IMG/VR virus record: IMGVR_UViG_3300020185_000014
Location: 1 to 64,000 of that record
Direction: 5' to 3' (one strand)
Length of the DNA: 64,000 nucleotides
Source: a virus
Notes under the pieces: model-generated
What the model was told of the DNA's origin: nothing
The model's database searches: none
The model's input: only the letters and a program-made list of their open reading frames with translations
In this document: piece after piece, positions 24,993 to 35,745 of the stretch
Position numbering within the stretch: position 1 is the stretch's first letter
How the letters are laid out: the number at the start of each line of letters is the position of its first letter
Program-made: the position numbers and the translations under genes

Positions 24993-26720
24993 TTATACCG
25001 TGCCGACGATTTCTTCAAACTCAACACCGGTTCGCGTAGCAACAAAATTAAGTGTTACGAAGTTGATTGACCGTGCTGGTTTAACGAAAATGCTTGCAAC
25101 AAAATTGTTGGTATCGATAACATTCGCTGTGTTGTTTGTTGCGTCACAAACAACTCTGAAATCAGTGATACCGCGACGCCCTTTGATTTCTCTCAGGAAT
25201 GGTTCAACAATATTGACAAATTCAGAACGAGTAAACTCATCATTGAATTCGAACATAACGCCGCTGCTGGCGCGTTTAATTGCTTTCTCAATAACCAAAA
25301 ACAAACGACGAACATTAATTCGATCGAATGCTGAAGGTCTTGATTCTTTCGTCTTGTCGCCGAAAAGGAGAATGCCCTGTCCAGGAAGGTTAACGATTGG
25401 ATTGATCCCTGCTTTATACAATTGATCCCTTTCAACTTTTGATGGGTTGTATGCTAAAGAAGTGACGCCAAAGTATTGACCCCTTCTTTGTCCTGCGGGA
25501 GAAAACCAAGGCGCGGCATTAATATCAGTTGCCGCCATAATACCTGCAGTTGAACTTGCCGCAGGCACCATGATGTATTGGTCGTTGTACTTGTCATAAA
25601 CTTTTAAATAGTTGTTATCAGCAACTAAGTAAGAACTAGACGTGAATAAATTTACACTTGTTAACGTACTCGCTACCACACTAGATGCGGCAACGTTTAC
25701 TACTGCAGAGCGACTAGGTGAGGCGACTGCGACGCAATCTTTTCTACCGTTACCGCCCGCGATCATTGAAACAATATGATTAACCACTGTTGCTTGATCT
25801 GTGTCAGTTGTCATTCCAGGTGCAATGATGAAGTCAACTTCATACGAATTTTCATCAGCATACATATCGTAACCAGTAATCATTTCCGCCGTACCGAGCG
25901 CTGCTGAGGCAACACCTCCTGATAAGGAAGAAGCGACGGCAGTATGGGTTGATCCGAATGCAGTAGAGGATACTGAACCGTGATTCGTATACCCTTCATC
26001 TAAATCAACGCAATAAACATATTCTGACTTAGAATTAATTACGTCTTCAATAAAATTTGAAGAACCGTCAGATGTTTTTGCATCAGATGCCTGAGAGACA
26101 AAGGGGAATGTTTCTAAAACAGTACCCTTGGTACCAGAAAATGTTCCGTCTTCATCGATGACTGCAACGTGAACTTCGTCATTGCTGCCGCCAAGGTTTA
26201 ACGCATGCGCAGACGATACTGGTTTAGCGTCAAACAAGTCAGCGTATGCCCAAAGTGCGAAATCAGAGTCATTGCAAGATCCGATGTATGCTACTTTCAA
26301 ACTGTTGCCAGCAGTTCCTGGGAACTTACCAATAAAGGTATTACCTGCAGATGCTAGACCAGTTTTTTGCGTATCAAATTCTGATAGATTTTTAATCAAC
26401 GGCGCGTCGCCGTCGCTATCCACTGCAGCAATACAAGAGTTTGTTGCTGAGTCGTCAACCATACGGGTGACATACATGTTTCCGGAATATCTAAGGAAGT
26501 TTGCTGCAGCGTGAAAATCGGCAGCAGAGGTTAATGAAGGTTGTCCAAACGTACTAACTAAAGATGATTGATTGCCAATCAATTTAGGTTCTTCAGTTGG
26601 ACCCCACTGAAAATCTCCAACAATCGCGCCAGTAGTTGTATTTACATTCGGTACAACACCGGACAGGTCAACTTCTTTGACCGTGATTGAAGGGGACAGA
26701 CCAGACGATAAAAGTGCCAT
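24993..26720 (-). CDS. gp18: Tail sheath protein gp18
   Basis: SPSITVKEVDLS, FQWGP, PWFSPAG, SAFDRINVRRLF, KPARSINFVTLNF. Confidence 0.97.
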   Translation of the reverse strand: MALLSSGLSPSITVKEVDLSGVVPNVNTTTGAIVGDFQWGPTEEPKLIGNQSSLVSTFGQPSLTSAADFHAAANFLRYSGNMYVTRMVDDSATNSCIAAVDSDGDAPLIKNLSEFDTQKTGLASAGNTFIGKFPGTAGNSLKVAYIGSCNDSDFALWAYADLFDAKPVSSAHALNLGGSNDEVHVAVIDEDGTFSGTKGTVLETFPFVSQASDAKTSDGSSNFIEDVINSKSEYVYCVDLDEGYTNHGSVSSTAFGSTHTAVASSLSGGVASAALGTAEMITGYDMYADENSYEVDFIIAPGMTTDTDQATVVNHIVSMIAGGNGRKDCVAVASPSRSAVVNVAASSVVASTLTSVNLFTSSSYLVADNNYLKVYDKYNDQYIMVPAASSTAGIMAATDINAAPWFSPAGQRRGQYFGVTSLAYNPSKVERDQLYKAGINPIVNLPGQGILLFGDKTKESRPSAFDRINVRRLFLVIEKAIKRASSGVMFEFNDEFTRSEFVNIVEPFLREIKGRRGITDFRVVCDATNNTANVIDTNNFVASIFVKPARSINFVTLNFVATRTGVEFEEIVGTV

Positions 26721-26783
26721 ATTCTTGTCCTTCTCGAAAAAAATTTATGATAAGTTACATTATGCGGTTATTTTCAATGAATT

Positions 26784-26791
26784 TATTTATA
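26784..26791 (-). promoter_or_regulatory. T4-type late promoter (gp18)
   Basis: TATAAATA on the minus strand, within the palindrome TTTATTTATAAATAAA. Confidence 0.72.
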
Positions 26792-26804
26792 AATAAAATT
26801 TCCT

Positions 26805-28409
26805 TCAAAAATCGTTGTGGTCGTATATCTGCCAATGCCCCCGTTCCATCATCTCTCGGGTTTCTATTTCTGCGATTGCTGACGACCCATCGTCGATAAA
26901 TCCGAACGGCACAACGTCTTCTTCGATTTCCCGCATCTTCTGTTCGAACATCATCTGTTTTAAATTGATATTTGTCATATCGGCAAAAAACTGAGTTGCA
27001 ACAAAATATCCGAACATAACTAAATTCATCATCAGGTCATCGTGGTTGCCTTCACTCGCTTCGTATGATTGACCCCTAGAGACAAATGTGCTGATTTCTA
27101 GTATTGTATTTTCGTCGACGATGTTTAATTTATTTTCTTCTAATAAATCTTTTATCCCCGAACATCCAAGACGTTTTGATTTTCGTGTTATCTCGATACC
27201 AATAGCATTTGATTTGATCGCGGAAGAAACGTGCACATTCTCATATTCTAAATCATGATATAACCCGTTGCATACTACCGACCCTTGGTCGTTCGATTCG
27301 ATAACAACATATGCCTGATTGTAAACGTTAGCATACTTATAGATAATATCAGGGAAAAGCAATGGAGAGATAGTGTTATTCCGGTACACAGCAACTTGCT
27401 GGAATGGACGGGTTGATATGTCAATAATTGTAAAAGTAGAGTAATCCTGACCTCTTCCTTTCGATACATCAACGGTCATGATGTATTCGTGACTCGGCCG
27501 AGTCTTATCGTAAACCGATAACAGACCACCTTCTAACGTCTGCTGGGCGTTCTTTGCGCGAAAGTTCAAGAGCGTCTCGGCAGAAATTAGAGTGTCCCCT
27601 GTTCCTATAAAAGAATTACCGAATTCTTGATCAAACTGTATTTGAGAAGTATTAGAAATTGTTTCTAATTTCCATTTCTCGTCTCTATCTGGAACGTCCC
27701 ACCAATCCACACGAAAGTGTTTAAACTCGTTCACGCCTTGTACAGAACCTTCCCATATCTTATGGAAAGTATTTCCGATACCGTTCGCTGTTGACGTGAT
27801 AATAACTTTGGTATCTTTACCAGAAGAAACAACTGGATATGTTGATGTATAGAATTCTGCTGCGCGTTCAACAAAAGCAAACTCATCTAAGAACAGGAGG
27901 TTGACCGACATACCACGAATCGACGACCCCGACGTTGCCGCAGCAATAATTCTAGAGTTGTTTGAAAATTCAATGGAACCTTTATTAAGCGTTCGGCATC
28001 CTGGTTGAATCCACATTGGAAGGTTTTCTAGCATAAGGGTCACGCGCGCGAGCATCTCTCGGGCAGTCGCACCTTTGTTCGCTAGAATTGCTACTGTTTT
28101 GTCAGACTGGAAAAGAGAAAACCAAAGAAGATAGGCAACAGAGGATATGGACTTACCAGATTGACGACAAGCAAGAACAATAGAAAATCGATTATCGTTA
28201 AACTGTTCGAACATTTTTTCTTGATATGGGTAGAGGTCAAACCCGACCAATCCTTTGTCAAGAGATATGATTTTAATATAAGTACGAGCAAAATAAGCAG
28301 GATCGCGCATACAACGAGTATATTCAACCAATTGCTCCTTAGTCCAAGATTGAACTACACCGTCTCTTTTTATATTTGGGTTGCCTAGATATGTTTCATT
28401 CTGCATCAT
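26805..28409 (-). CDS. gp17: Terminase large subunit gp17
   Basis: YLGNPN, CRQSGKS, LFLDEFAF, VDVSKGRGQDYS, HDDLMM. Confidence 0.97.
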   Translation of the reverse strand: MMQNETYLGNPNIKRDGVVQSWTKEQLVEYTRCMRDPAYFARTYIKIISLDKGLVGFDLYPYQEKMFEQFNDNRFSIVLACRQSGKSISSVAYLLWFSLFQSDKTVAILANKGATAREMLARVTLMLENLPMWIQPGCRTLNKGSIEFSNNSRIIAAATSGSSIRGMSVNLLFLDEFAFVERAAEFYTSTYPVVSSGKDTKVIITSTANGIGNTFHKIWEGSVQGVNEFKHFRVDWWDVPDRDEKWKLETISNTSQIQFDQEFGNSFIGTGDTLISAETLLNFRAKNAQQTLEGGLLSVYDKTRPSHEYIMTVDVSKGRGQDYSTFTIIDISTRPFQQVAVYRNNTISPLLFPDIIYKYANVYNQAYVVIESNDQGSVVCNGLYHDLEYENVHVSSAIKSNAIGIEITRKSKRLGCSGIKDLLEENKLNIVDENTILEISTFVSRGQSYEASEGNHDDLMMNLVMFGYFVATQFFADMTNINLKQMMFEQKMREIEEDVVPFGFIDDGSSAIAEIETREMMERGHWQIYDHNDF

Positions 28410-28746
28410 TATTCGGAGTCACGTCAATCGCTTCATCTTTTAACATACGTTGTAGATCTGCGGCGCTGCCGAGAAACACATTGTTATTAGTAGTTATATG
28501 TTTAGTTTCTTCTTCTTTATCAACTTTAAGGATCTCTTTGTTTTTCTTATTCAAATCCATCAGTCTATCATTAACATCGGATATGTTTTTAACCATGCCC
28601 GAAAGAACTTCAAATGCGCGCGGATGTTCTGACTCTCGCGCGACCTCTATCATAAGTTCTAAAGACTCTTTGCCCTTTTCGATTAACTCGTAATATGTTT
28701 TTCTAGAATAATCATAATCTGATTCAATTTTATCTTTCTCTGCCAT
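28396..28746 (-). CDS. gp16: Terminase small subunit gp16
   Basis: DYDYSR...ESEHPRAFEV...NNNVFLGSAADL. Confidence 0.92.
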   Translation of the reverse strand: MAEKDKIESDYDYSRKTYYELIEKGKESLELMIEVARESEHPRAFEVLSGMVKNISDVNDRLMDLNKKNKEILKVDKEEETKHITTNNNVFLGSAADLQRMLKDEAIDVTPNNDAE

Positions 28747-28765
28747 TATTTAATCCCCTAATAGA

Positions 28766-31579
28766 TCAATTTAAGTTTAAGTCACCGAGACCTGGCGTCG
28801 GATTAGGTGCGGGACTAGGACTAGGACTAGGACTAGGACTAGGACTAGGACTGGGCCCAGCGCTGTTGTCTGTAATCACAATTGTATCCGATACTGATCC
28901 AACCGATCCGCCATTACTATCTGTTGAATCTAAAGTTAATGTTAAAGTCTCATCGCCTTCTGTCGTAGAGTCTGCGACTGCAGTAAACGACAATGCTCCG
29001 ACGCCGCTAGTTATGGTGATCGAACCAGTTAAAGAAGATAGACTAATATCGCCAACGGAAACGCCGCTGATTGTGTATCCAACAGTTGTACCGTTACCGA
29101 CGCCGGTGGTAACCACTAAAAAGTTTGCTTGTCTTTGCGCTATAGAACCAGATTCCAGTATAGAAGTTTTGGCAAAGTACCCATGATAAAATTCGTTACC
29201 GGTAGCAGAATCAGGAGACCCTTGTAGTTGAACCGTTGGGGAATTGGAATTTACATTCGTTATTGTTATTGTTCCCACAGAAGAACTCGATCCGCTGAAA
29301 ACTTCAGCGGTATATGTGTTACTGCTGTACAAACTAATTATAAACTGTTCGTTGCTTGTTGAAGAAGAGTTTTGTGTTAACCGGATTTTAATAGTTCCTT
29401 GACCGCTACCATCGATAGTCACAAAACCTTTATCGAACCCTGTTGCAAAATTTGCTGTATCTGCTGCTGACCCATCGACATTATTACATCGCCAATATAA
29501 AACAGCGCCTGCAGCAACCCCAGAAGTTGTTACGGTGTAAGAATATTCATCAACCACGGTAACATCGCCGAATGCTGACGAAAGAACGTTGCTCGGAAGG
29601 TTGTTGATGAACGCGTTTTGAACCCAATAGGTGAAGTCTGCGGAATAATTTCCCGTGCTAACAGCAGAAGACATGTCGATCATAAAATATTGATTTGCAA
29701 TATCAGAATTATCGATGTAAGCGAAAAACCCCTCGGCCGGTAGTGTATATAAACCTTGAGAAGATGTCACCGCGACGTTAAGGTATAAATTTGTTACACT
29801 GTTACTTCGAATAGTTGTTATTATGTTTCCGGTAGAACTTATCTGAGGATCAAAATATATCTTTAAGAAATCTCTAGAGTTTACGTCTAGTTCAATAGAT
29901 TCGGGGATGTTAAAATCCAGCGGAGAGTTTTCTAAACTATAAATGGTTCCCGCAACTGGTTCTGTTAAGGTTGAATCCCCCGCTATATCATAAGTGATAC
30001 TTGCACCATCAACGCTACCGCCTGTAACGTCGCCGTTAAGTCCAACGCATTTAAGATGTAAAACTTGAAGACACGGGTCGTGAACTGCCGCAACGCTTCT
30101 GGATATCTGGAACGTTGTCTCGCCGGACGCGACATCGCAAATATACATATGCGTTGCAGAATACCCTTTTGTGCCGTAATTTTGGAGCGAAGACCTTGTC
30201 ATTATTTCTTGAAAAGAACCGCCTAAAGTTATTTCTGTTTGCGCGGTAGTGTTAGAATTAGACTCATCCATCGCGAAGGCGATTATAATATCGTTTCTGC
30301 TAACTCCAGTTACCGTTGCAGTCGGAACATTTTCGCCCGACCTATAATCTGTTACCTGATATCTCCCTGGAAGAATAAAAAACCCACGCTCATAATACCC
30401 AGAAAGACTGCCGAAATGTAGTTTTAAATCTAACGAATCAATTTGCCTGTATTTTGCATTGACATGTGTATATCCAACTCTAGAAAATTTAGCGATATCC
30501 TGCGTAGGAACATCAGTAGTCGACTGTTGAACTCCGTTAATTTTCAAGAACCCGAGATGCGTGGCGTCTGAAGATAAATCATCAGAAACGTAATATGTAG
30601 TCAATTGAGCGTTGTCGCCAGGAATACCATAGTTCCTATAGATCACGGTGCACCAATTAATAAAATCTGTCACATCTTTTTTAGGATCATTATGGTTGGA
30701 ATACCCGATGGTGTTTAGGTATCGATGCCCAGTGCCGGTTGTCGGTGTGCCGCCGTTAACAAAAAAATTAACCCTCGTATCATTTTCTAACTTATTGAAT
30801 GTGACGTGGCTAATGAAATCATTTCTCAAACTTGTCCCGCCAGTCCTCCACATGTTACCCAGCGCTTCACAAATAGGATAAGACCCATTTGTCAGCGTAA
30901 ATGTAAAAGTCGCGCTTCCTCTAATCGTTTGTGAGTTGGAGTCCCTAATAACAACAAGAAATGTGGAAACGTTGTTTATTCCCTCGCCCGATGAGTCTTC
31001 TATCTTAAATTTTAAGTTTGACTGTAGAGACTCCCAACCCTCCGCATACGAAACCCAACTAGATCCTGTGTATATCTTTATAGTGTGGTTTGCATTTACG
31101 TTAACATTTGCAATCTTAAGATCGTAGATATTTCCTGGTGTATCCGAACCAGAAGGCGTGTACCATGAAGTCAAATTACGAACCGCGCCGTTTTCGTCAA
31201 CTGTTACGCTGCCATCTAATTTAAATGTTGCTGTGGCGTAGGTGATGCTGCCAGTTCCTTCTGCAGTAATCGCTTCGTTTGCTATGGTGCTTGCTATGAC
31301 CGGTTCTAGTAGTTTAATTGTCCCAGATTCATGAACTAAATTTGTTCTACCAGAATCCGAATAAAGGTTAATCTTAAATGTTTTATTCTTTTCAATTCCG
31401 GCATTATACTCAACTCCAACATCAATGTCGCCCGTAGAAGCAGCGATCGTAACTGAACCGACGAGCGATGTGAAATCAGAAGCAATTGTCGGGTTTGCGC
31501 CCGTTCCGACAATCTTCCAATACAACGTACCAGCGGGCAGGTTTGTCGTGGACAATGTGTATGTATGAGTGGTCGCCAT
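28766..31579 (-). CDS. Large Ser/Thr/Gly-rich virion protein with Ig/Calx-beta-like modules and a (Ser-Pro)n tail
   Basis: Beta-rich modules (LYWKI, ADSTTEGDETLTLTL); C-terminal PSPSPS. Confidence 0.7.
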   Translation of the reverse strand: MATTHTYTLSTTNLPAGTLYWKIVGTGANPTIASDFTSLVGSVTIAASTGDIDVGVEYNAGIEKNKTFKINLYSDSGRTNLVHESGTIKLLEPVIASTIANEAITAEGTGSITYATATFKLDGSVTVDENGAVRNLTSWYTPSGSDTPGNIYDLKIANVNVNANHTIKIYTGSSWVSYAEGWESLQSNLKFKIEDSSGEGINNVSTFLVVIRDSNSQTIRGSATFTFTLTNGSYPICEALGNMWRTGGTSLRNDFISHVTFNKLENDTRVNFFVNGGTPTTGTGHRYLNTIGYSNHNDPKKDVTDFINWCTVIYRNYGIPGDNAQLTTYYVSDDLSSDATHLGFLKINGVQQSTTDVPTQDIAKFSRVGYTHVNAKYRQIDSLDLKLHFGSLSGYYERGFFILPGRYQVTDYRSGENVPTATVTGVSRNDIIIAFAMDESNSNTTAQTEITLGGSFQEIMTRSSLQNYGTKGYSATHMYICDVASGETTFQISRSVAAVHDPCLQVLHLKCVGLNGDVTGGSVDGASITYDIAGDSTLTEPVAGTIYSLENSPLDFNIPESIELDVNSRDFLKIYFDPQISSTGNIITTIRSNSVTNLYLNVAVTSSQGLYTLPAEGFFAYIDNSDIANQYFMIDMSSAVSTGNYSADFTYWVQNAFINNLPSNVLSSAFGDVTVVDEYSYTVTTSGVAAGAVLYWRCNNVDGSAADTANFATGFDKGFVTIDGSGQGTIKIRLTQNSSSTSNEQFIISLYSSNTYTAEVFSGSSSSVGTITITNVNSNSPTVQLQGSPDSATGNEFYHGYFAKTSILESGSIAQRQANFLVVTTGVGNGTTVGYTISGVSVGDISLSSLTGSITITSGVGALSFTAVADSTTEGDETLTLTLDSTDSNGGSVGSVSDTIVITDNSAGPSPSPSPSPSPSPSPAPNPTPGLGDLNLN
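28812..28852. repeat. Coding microsatellite (GGACTA), about 7 copies, encoding Ser-Pro
   Basis: Perfect 6-nt tandem repeat. Confidence 0.9.
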
Positions 31580-31581
31580 AA

Positions 31582-33342
31582 TTATGAACTCGGTTCTATT
31601 ATACTTGTTGGTCCGGAGATGGTGTATCCTATGTCAGACACATCAGTCATGGTGAAATTGATGCTCGCGGTTGCGCCGGATGTATCTCCGGTCACCGTAA
31701 TAGTTCCGTCCTGATCGCCTTGCGCCGTGACGTTAACTGTCGTTCCGACTCGAACTAATGAAGAAGTTGCATTGCCATCGTTTCCGTCCATCCCAGTAAT
31801 AGTTCCAGTCGGAGACGGGATTCTCGATAACACGTTATCACTAGCGTTATTAGATATCGAATAAGTGATGGTCGAATCGATACTGTTTTTACTGATGACT
31901 CTAAACCCGATATCATTACCCTCGACCACAATCGACCCTGGATCAAGTTCAATAACGAATTCTGTCGCAGCATCCAGCATTTGGAAACTACCCGTGCTTT
32001 GAGATCCGGAGTTTACGCCGGTGACGGTGATATAACCATTACTGACACCATTAATTTTATCGTCGATTGTTGACGCGGGGACTACAATTGCTCTGGGGGA
32101 TGAGATAGATGTTTCAGTTCCGGTTTTAATCGGCAATCTTGCTTCCACATCTTCTCCAAACAGAACCCACGAAATTGTTTCGCCGTTCGCATCTTCAGGC
32201 ACAATAGTAAACGTCAACGACTGGCCTTCGGTAACATCCCCAGCGACTATACTATATGTTGGAATGGCGATAGGAGTCAAAGAAGTGTCGTTAATTGCTA
32301 CAGCTGTTGATGCTAATATCGTTCCGAAAGGGTACGGTTGATCGTAGATGTATGCGTTGAATGTTTGCGTACCTTCTGTTGCTGAGTCAGTGGCGATTTC
32401 TAAAGTGTACGTTCCGGTCTGATTGGAAATCGGAATGGATTTTCTACTAGTCGCGGTCGGTATCGGATCGTTCGGATCTTCCACAAAATCATCAGGATCT
32501 GTTGATACATGCCCAATACTGAAATATACCGGAGTGTTTGGAATATATGCACCGCTGGTAGTAAATGTCACTTGTTTGTTAGTCGTTTCATCCACAACTT
32601 CAGGCGTTGCTGTTAAAGTATAAACAACGGGTGGAGTATATTCAATGTCAATTTCTCCCGTCGCTGTAACTTCTGTAGAAGCGACCGGCGTCATTTTGTC
32701 GCTCCCCCAAACAAGATCCGAGATTCCTGGATTTGGTTGCCTCGTCAAAAAGTTTAATCCTACCACGTCAACCAAAAGTAATTTAGCGGCAAGATACATC
32801 CCTGCGGGATGTACCATAACTTTGTACAAATCTCTCCATTCAGAAATCGGAACGCCGACTTTGACTAGGATAGCGTACACTTGATAGAGTTTGTCGTCTG
32901 TTAAAAATTTAAGAGATTCTGAACCAATTCCCGAAAGAGGGTCGTTAAGTTTAAACACATCAACTTTGGGAAAAATAATCTCTGCGTCTAAATTAAAAAA
33001 GGCACGAAAGAACCATTGTACCGAATACTGAGTCCCCTTCGCTCTGAGCAACTCGCTCGAGAATAGAGCAGTAGACCTTCTATCTAAAAACCGATTACCC
33101 ATGAGAAGTTCATGTTCGATGTAATGCAGTAGGTCTAAGTCGACTTGCGTTATATCGCGAGTTTCCAGCAGATGATGCATAAGTTCTGTCGAATCATTCT
33201 CGTCGAGAAACTCATAATACTTGTTGAGCAGAGTGATAAATTTTGGGAACGAAGCAATGAAATATTCGGGTAGTATTCCCTTCACCGCCGGAGATTGAAA
33301 ATTTAACTCCCTTCGTCCTTTATCGTCAGTTTTAATATGCAT
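31582..33342 (-). CDS. Baseplate wedge-like N-terminal domain (gp7-type) fused to Ig/Calx-beta-like modules
   Basis: FITLLNKYYEFL...RAKGTQYSVQWFFRAFF...VHPAGM, then DSATEGTQTF-type repeats. Confidence 0.65.
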   Translation of the reverse strand: MHIKTDDKGRRELNFQSPAVKGILPEYFIASFPKFITLLNKYYEFLDENDSTELMHHLLETRDITQVDLDLLHYIEHELLMGNRFLDRRSTALFSSELLRAKGTQYSVQWFFRAFFNLDAEIIFPKVDVFKLNDPLSGIGSESLKFLTDDKLYQVYAILVKVGVPISEWRDLYKVMVHPAGMYLAAKLLLVDVVGLNFLTRQPNPGISDLVWGSDKMTPVASTEVTATGEIDIEYTPPVVYTLTATPEVVDETTNKQVTFTTSGAYIPNTPVYFSIGHVSTDPDDFVEDPNDPIPTATSRKSIPISNQTGTYTLEIATDSATEGTQTFNAYIYDQPYPFGTILASTAVAINDTSLTPIAIPTYSIVAGDVTEGQSLTFTIVPEDANGETISWVLFGEDVEARLPIKTGTETSISSPRAIVVPASTIDDKINGVSNGYITVTGVNSGSQSTGSFQMLDAATEFVIELDPGSIVVEGNDIGFRVISKNSIDSTITYSISNNASDNVLSRIPSPTGTITGMDGNDGNATSSLVRVGTTVNVTAQGDQDGTITVTGDTSGATASINFTMTDVSDIGYTISGPTSIIEPSS

Positions 33343-33357
33343 AATGTTATTTATCTT

Positions 33358-34062
33358 TTATAAAATAGAGCTGTCGTAACTATATAGTTCCTGTAGATTA
33401 CTCTCCATATCAAAAGCACTTGCTTCGACTTGGGTGATGACGCTACCTGCCGCGCCAATTCGTTTGTATAGATTTATTTTCATTTCAAAATCAAGCGTGT
33501 AGACTATCGTTCTTCGCGCTTCTATCGCACCTTCGTAGTCGTCAGAAAACACAATACCGTCTAGGCGAATTGGATTATCTTCTTTAATATGCGGGAATTC
33601 TGAAAGAGGAACAACTGTTATATTATATTGTGGATCGAAGTACGGTATAATCTGCTCGACGATTTGCAATGCATCGTCTTGACTTTTAGCGTATGCGTTT
33701 AATTGAAACTGCAGATTGAACGGCACTCGTGTATATATTTTAAATGCGTCTGACTCGCCGGTGGTACTTCTTGCATAGTTGGATTTTGGAATTTGTCTAA
33801 CCGCATCATAATTTATCGCCAGAAGTTCAAAAGAAAGTCTTGGCAACTTAATAGCAACTTTTCTTTCTGACGCTTCACCCAAACCCATTTGCTCTATTCT
33901 TTCGATAAAATTTCTTCGGGGAGCATAACTCAGCGGAACCTTTACTGTGTTGATGACATTACCATTCGAACCCTTACGAACAACCGTGATATCGTTAAAC
34001 AGAGAACCGAACGCAGCAACAGACATTCGAATTCGTTGATGGTAAAAATGCTCAGCAAACAT
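33358..34062 (-). CDS. gp15: Tail sheath stabiliser/completion protein gp15
   Basis: FYHQRIR..VAAFGSLFNDI, VPLSYAP, LPRLSFE, LQIVEQIIPYF. Confidence 0.95.
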   Translation of the reverse strand: MFAEHFYHQRIRMSVAAFGSLFNDITVVRKGSNGNVINTVKVPLSYAPRRNFIERIEQMGLGEASERKVAIKLPRLSFELLAINYDAVRQIPKSNYARSTTGESDAFKIYTRVPFNLQFQLNAYAKSQDDALQIVEQIIPYFDPQYNITVVPLSEFPHIKEDNPIRLDGIVFSDDYEGAIEARRTIVYTLDFEMKINLYKRIGAAGSVITQVEASAFDMESNLQELYSYDSSIL

Positions 34063-34946
34063 TAGTTAGGATCTCCGAAAGGATTTGATTCGCTAAAATC
34101 GATGAAAGAGTTACCAATGGTTTCTATGTCTAGATTTTGTTCTAGACTATTGATATCTTGAAGTTCTTGTATCAAAGTCGGCGTTGCTGAATTACCGCTT
34201 TCCGACCCGACGACTGCCGCCGAAGTTGTAAATTTAGAAAACTTACTCGAGTTGGAACCGATATGCGCAACATATAACTTTCCGGTTGCGCCGTCCCAAC
34301 GAACAACTTTACCCGTCATGGTTTTATCAGATAATGATTGTGACACAGGTTCTCCGATAACCCACGGTGTGGTAATGTCGGAAGTGTCAAACGTCATTAC
34401 GTTTTGGAAAGCAAACTTATCTTCGATATCGTCGATCTCGGGAACATCGGTGTCAAATTTCTCTTCATTGTACTCAAACAACTCGCAGGTCATTCTAAAC
34501 ACGGGAAGGTTTTTTAACTGGTAAAACGGTTGTTCATCTTCCACTTTCATAACTTGAAAAATAGAATTAGATAACGGAAGTTGGATTAAGTCGCCTTCTC
34601 GCGGTCTATAGAAATCCTTGTTCGCACTTTCGTACGGCACAACTTCAGAATTCCATCTTCTTCTTGCAACAATAAAAGTCGCAGCATCTCTAATTTCTAC
34701 GCCGAACTTTGCAAATATGTCTCCTTCGCCGTCAAACCCTTCAGTGTTTTCAATATACATTTCTATTTTATATGCGCGTTGAAACGAAGAAGAAGGATCG
34801 TCTTTAAATAGTTTATCGAGATTAACCGTTTCTCTCGGAATATAATAAACATCCTGCCCGTACATCTTTAAAGATTCTACAATCAAATCTTCGTAAAGGC
34901 GCTGCTCGTTCCTCGAACCCTGTGCAAAATAATGATTAATGGCCAT
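34062..34946 (-). CDS. gp14: Neck protein gp14
   Basis: YGQDVYYIPR, KFGVEIRD, RPREGDLI, IDFSESNPFG. Confidence 0.95.
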   Translation of the reverse strand: MAINHYFAQGSRNEQRLYEDLIVESLKMYGQDVYYIPRETVNLDKLFKDDPSSSFQRAYKIEMYIENTEGFDGEGDIFAKFGVEIRDAATFIVARRRWNSEVVPYESANKDFYRPREGDLIQLPLSNSIFQVMKVEDEQPFYQLKNLPVFRMTCELFEYNEEKFDTDVPEIDDIEDKFAFQNVMTFDTSDITTPWVIGEPVSQSLSDKTMTGKVVRWDGATGKLYVAHIGSNSSKFSKFTTSAAVVGSESGNSATPTLIQELQDINSLEQNLDIETIGNSFIDFSESNPFGDPN

Positions 34947-34947
34947 G

Positions 34948-35703
34948 CTAACCCACGAAAAAATCTGGTGGAAGTTCGTGCTCGGATCTCATTTTCTCTT
35001 CGAGCGCCTGTAGTTCTTGTGATGCGTCGTCGTAATATTGCCGACCGTTAATTGTCACGCCGCCAGGAAGTTGAACGCCTTCGAATTTTAACATGTTCAT
35101 ACCCCATTGTTGTTTAATCAACGAGGTTACATAGTTCTTAATGAACATGTCGTTATATACGCTTGTGTGTTGTGTTTCGTCGACGATCGAATAAACTTCA
35201 GCGACTAGGTATGACCCCTCTCTAATATCTCCGTCGTTAAAATCGCCTTCAATATACAAACGGTTTTGTCTGCGAGAGAAATGAACTTGAGGTCGACCGT
35301 GTAGTTGTTGATCGATCAAACTAAGATACTGCCGCATCTGATAAAAATAATTCAAATCACCGGCGAAACTCATAAAGTCGCCCATGTTGTTTAGAAACAT
35401 TTGATAGCGAATGTCAAACATCCCTTGACCAGTACCGAATGATGAGGCCACCGGAAATAACGCAGAAAGGTAGACCACATCAGATGATATCGGAATGTAC
35501 TGATTAGCAACATCTTCAGCAGTCACTAAATGAGACATATAAGTTTTGATTGTTGCGTCGCTGTGAAACTCTCGGTATAACTGTAGAGCATCGTCGACTT
35601 TGTCTTCTACTTGATCGACATCGACATTTACTTCTAAGACGGGTTCACCCAACCTGCGAAGGCAATATTCAATCAATCCGTCTCGGGATGTAATAACTGC
35701 CAT
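34948..35703 (-). CDS. gp13: Neck protein gp13
   Basis: YCLRRLGEPVLEVNV, KQQWGMNMLKFEGVQLPGGVTING. Confidence 0.95.
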   Translation of the reverse strand: MAVITSRDGLIEYCLRRLGEPVLEVNVDVDQVEDKVDDALQLYREFHSDATIKTYMSHLVTAEDVANQYIPISSDVVYLSALFPVASSFGTGQGMFDIRYQMFLNNMGDFMSFAGDLNYFYQMRQYLSLIDQQLHGRPQVHFSRRQNRLYIEGDFNDGDIREGSYLVAEVYSIVDETQHTSVYNDMFIKNYVTSLIKQQWGMNMLKFEGVQLPGGVTINGRQYYDDASQELQALEEKMRSEHELPPDFFVG

Positions 35704-35736
35704 AATTAATTCTCTTTAATTAAATTTCCATGTTTT

Positions 35737-35744
35737 TATTTATA
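35737..35744 (-). promoter_or_regulatory. T4-type late promoter (gp13)
   Basis: TATAAATA on the minus strand. Confidence 0.72.
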
Positions 35745-35745
35745 G

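Noticed and set aside
8674-28409. Inteins or introns in gp46, uvsW, gp17, gp20 or gp23
   Set aside because: The ORFs are continuous and of ordinary length, with no splicing or homing-endonuclease motifs.
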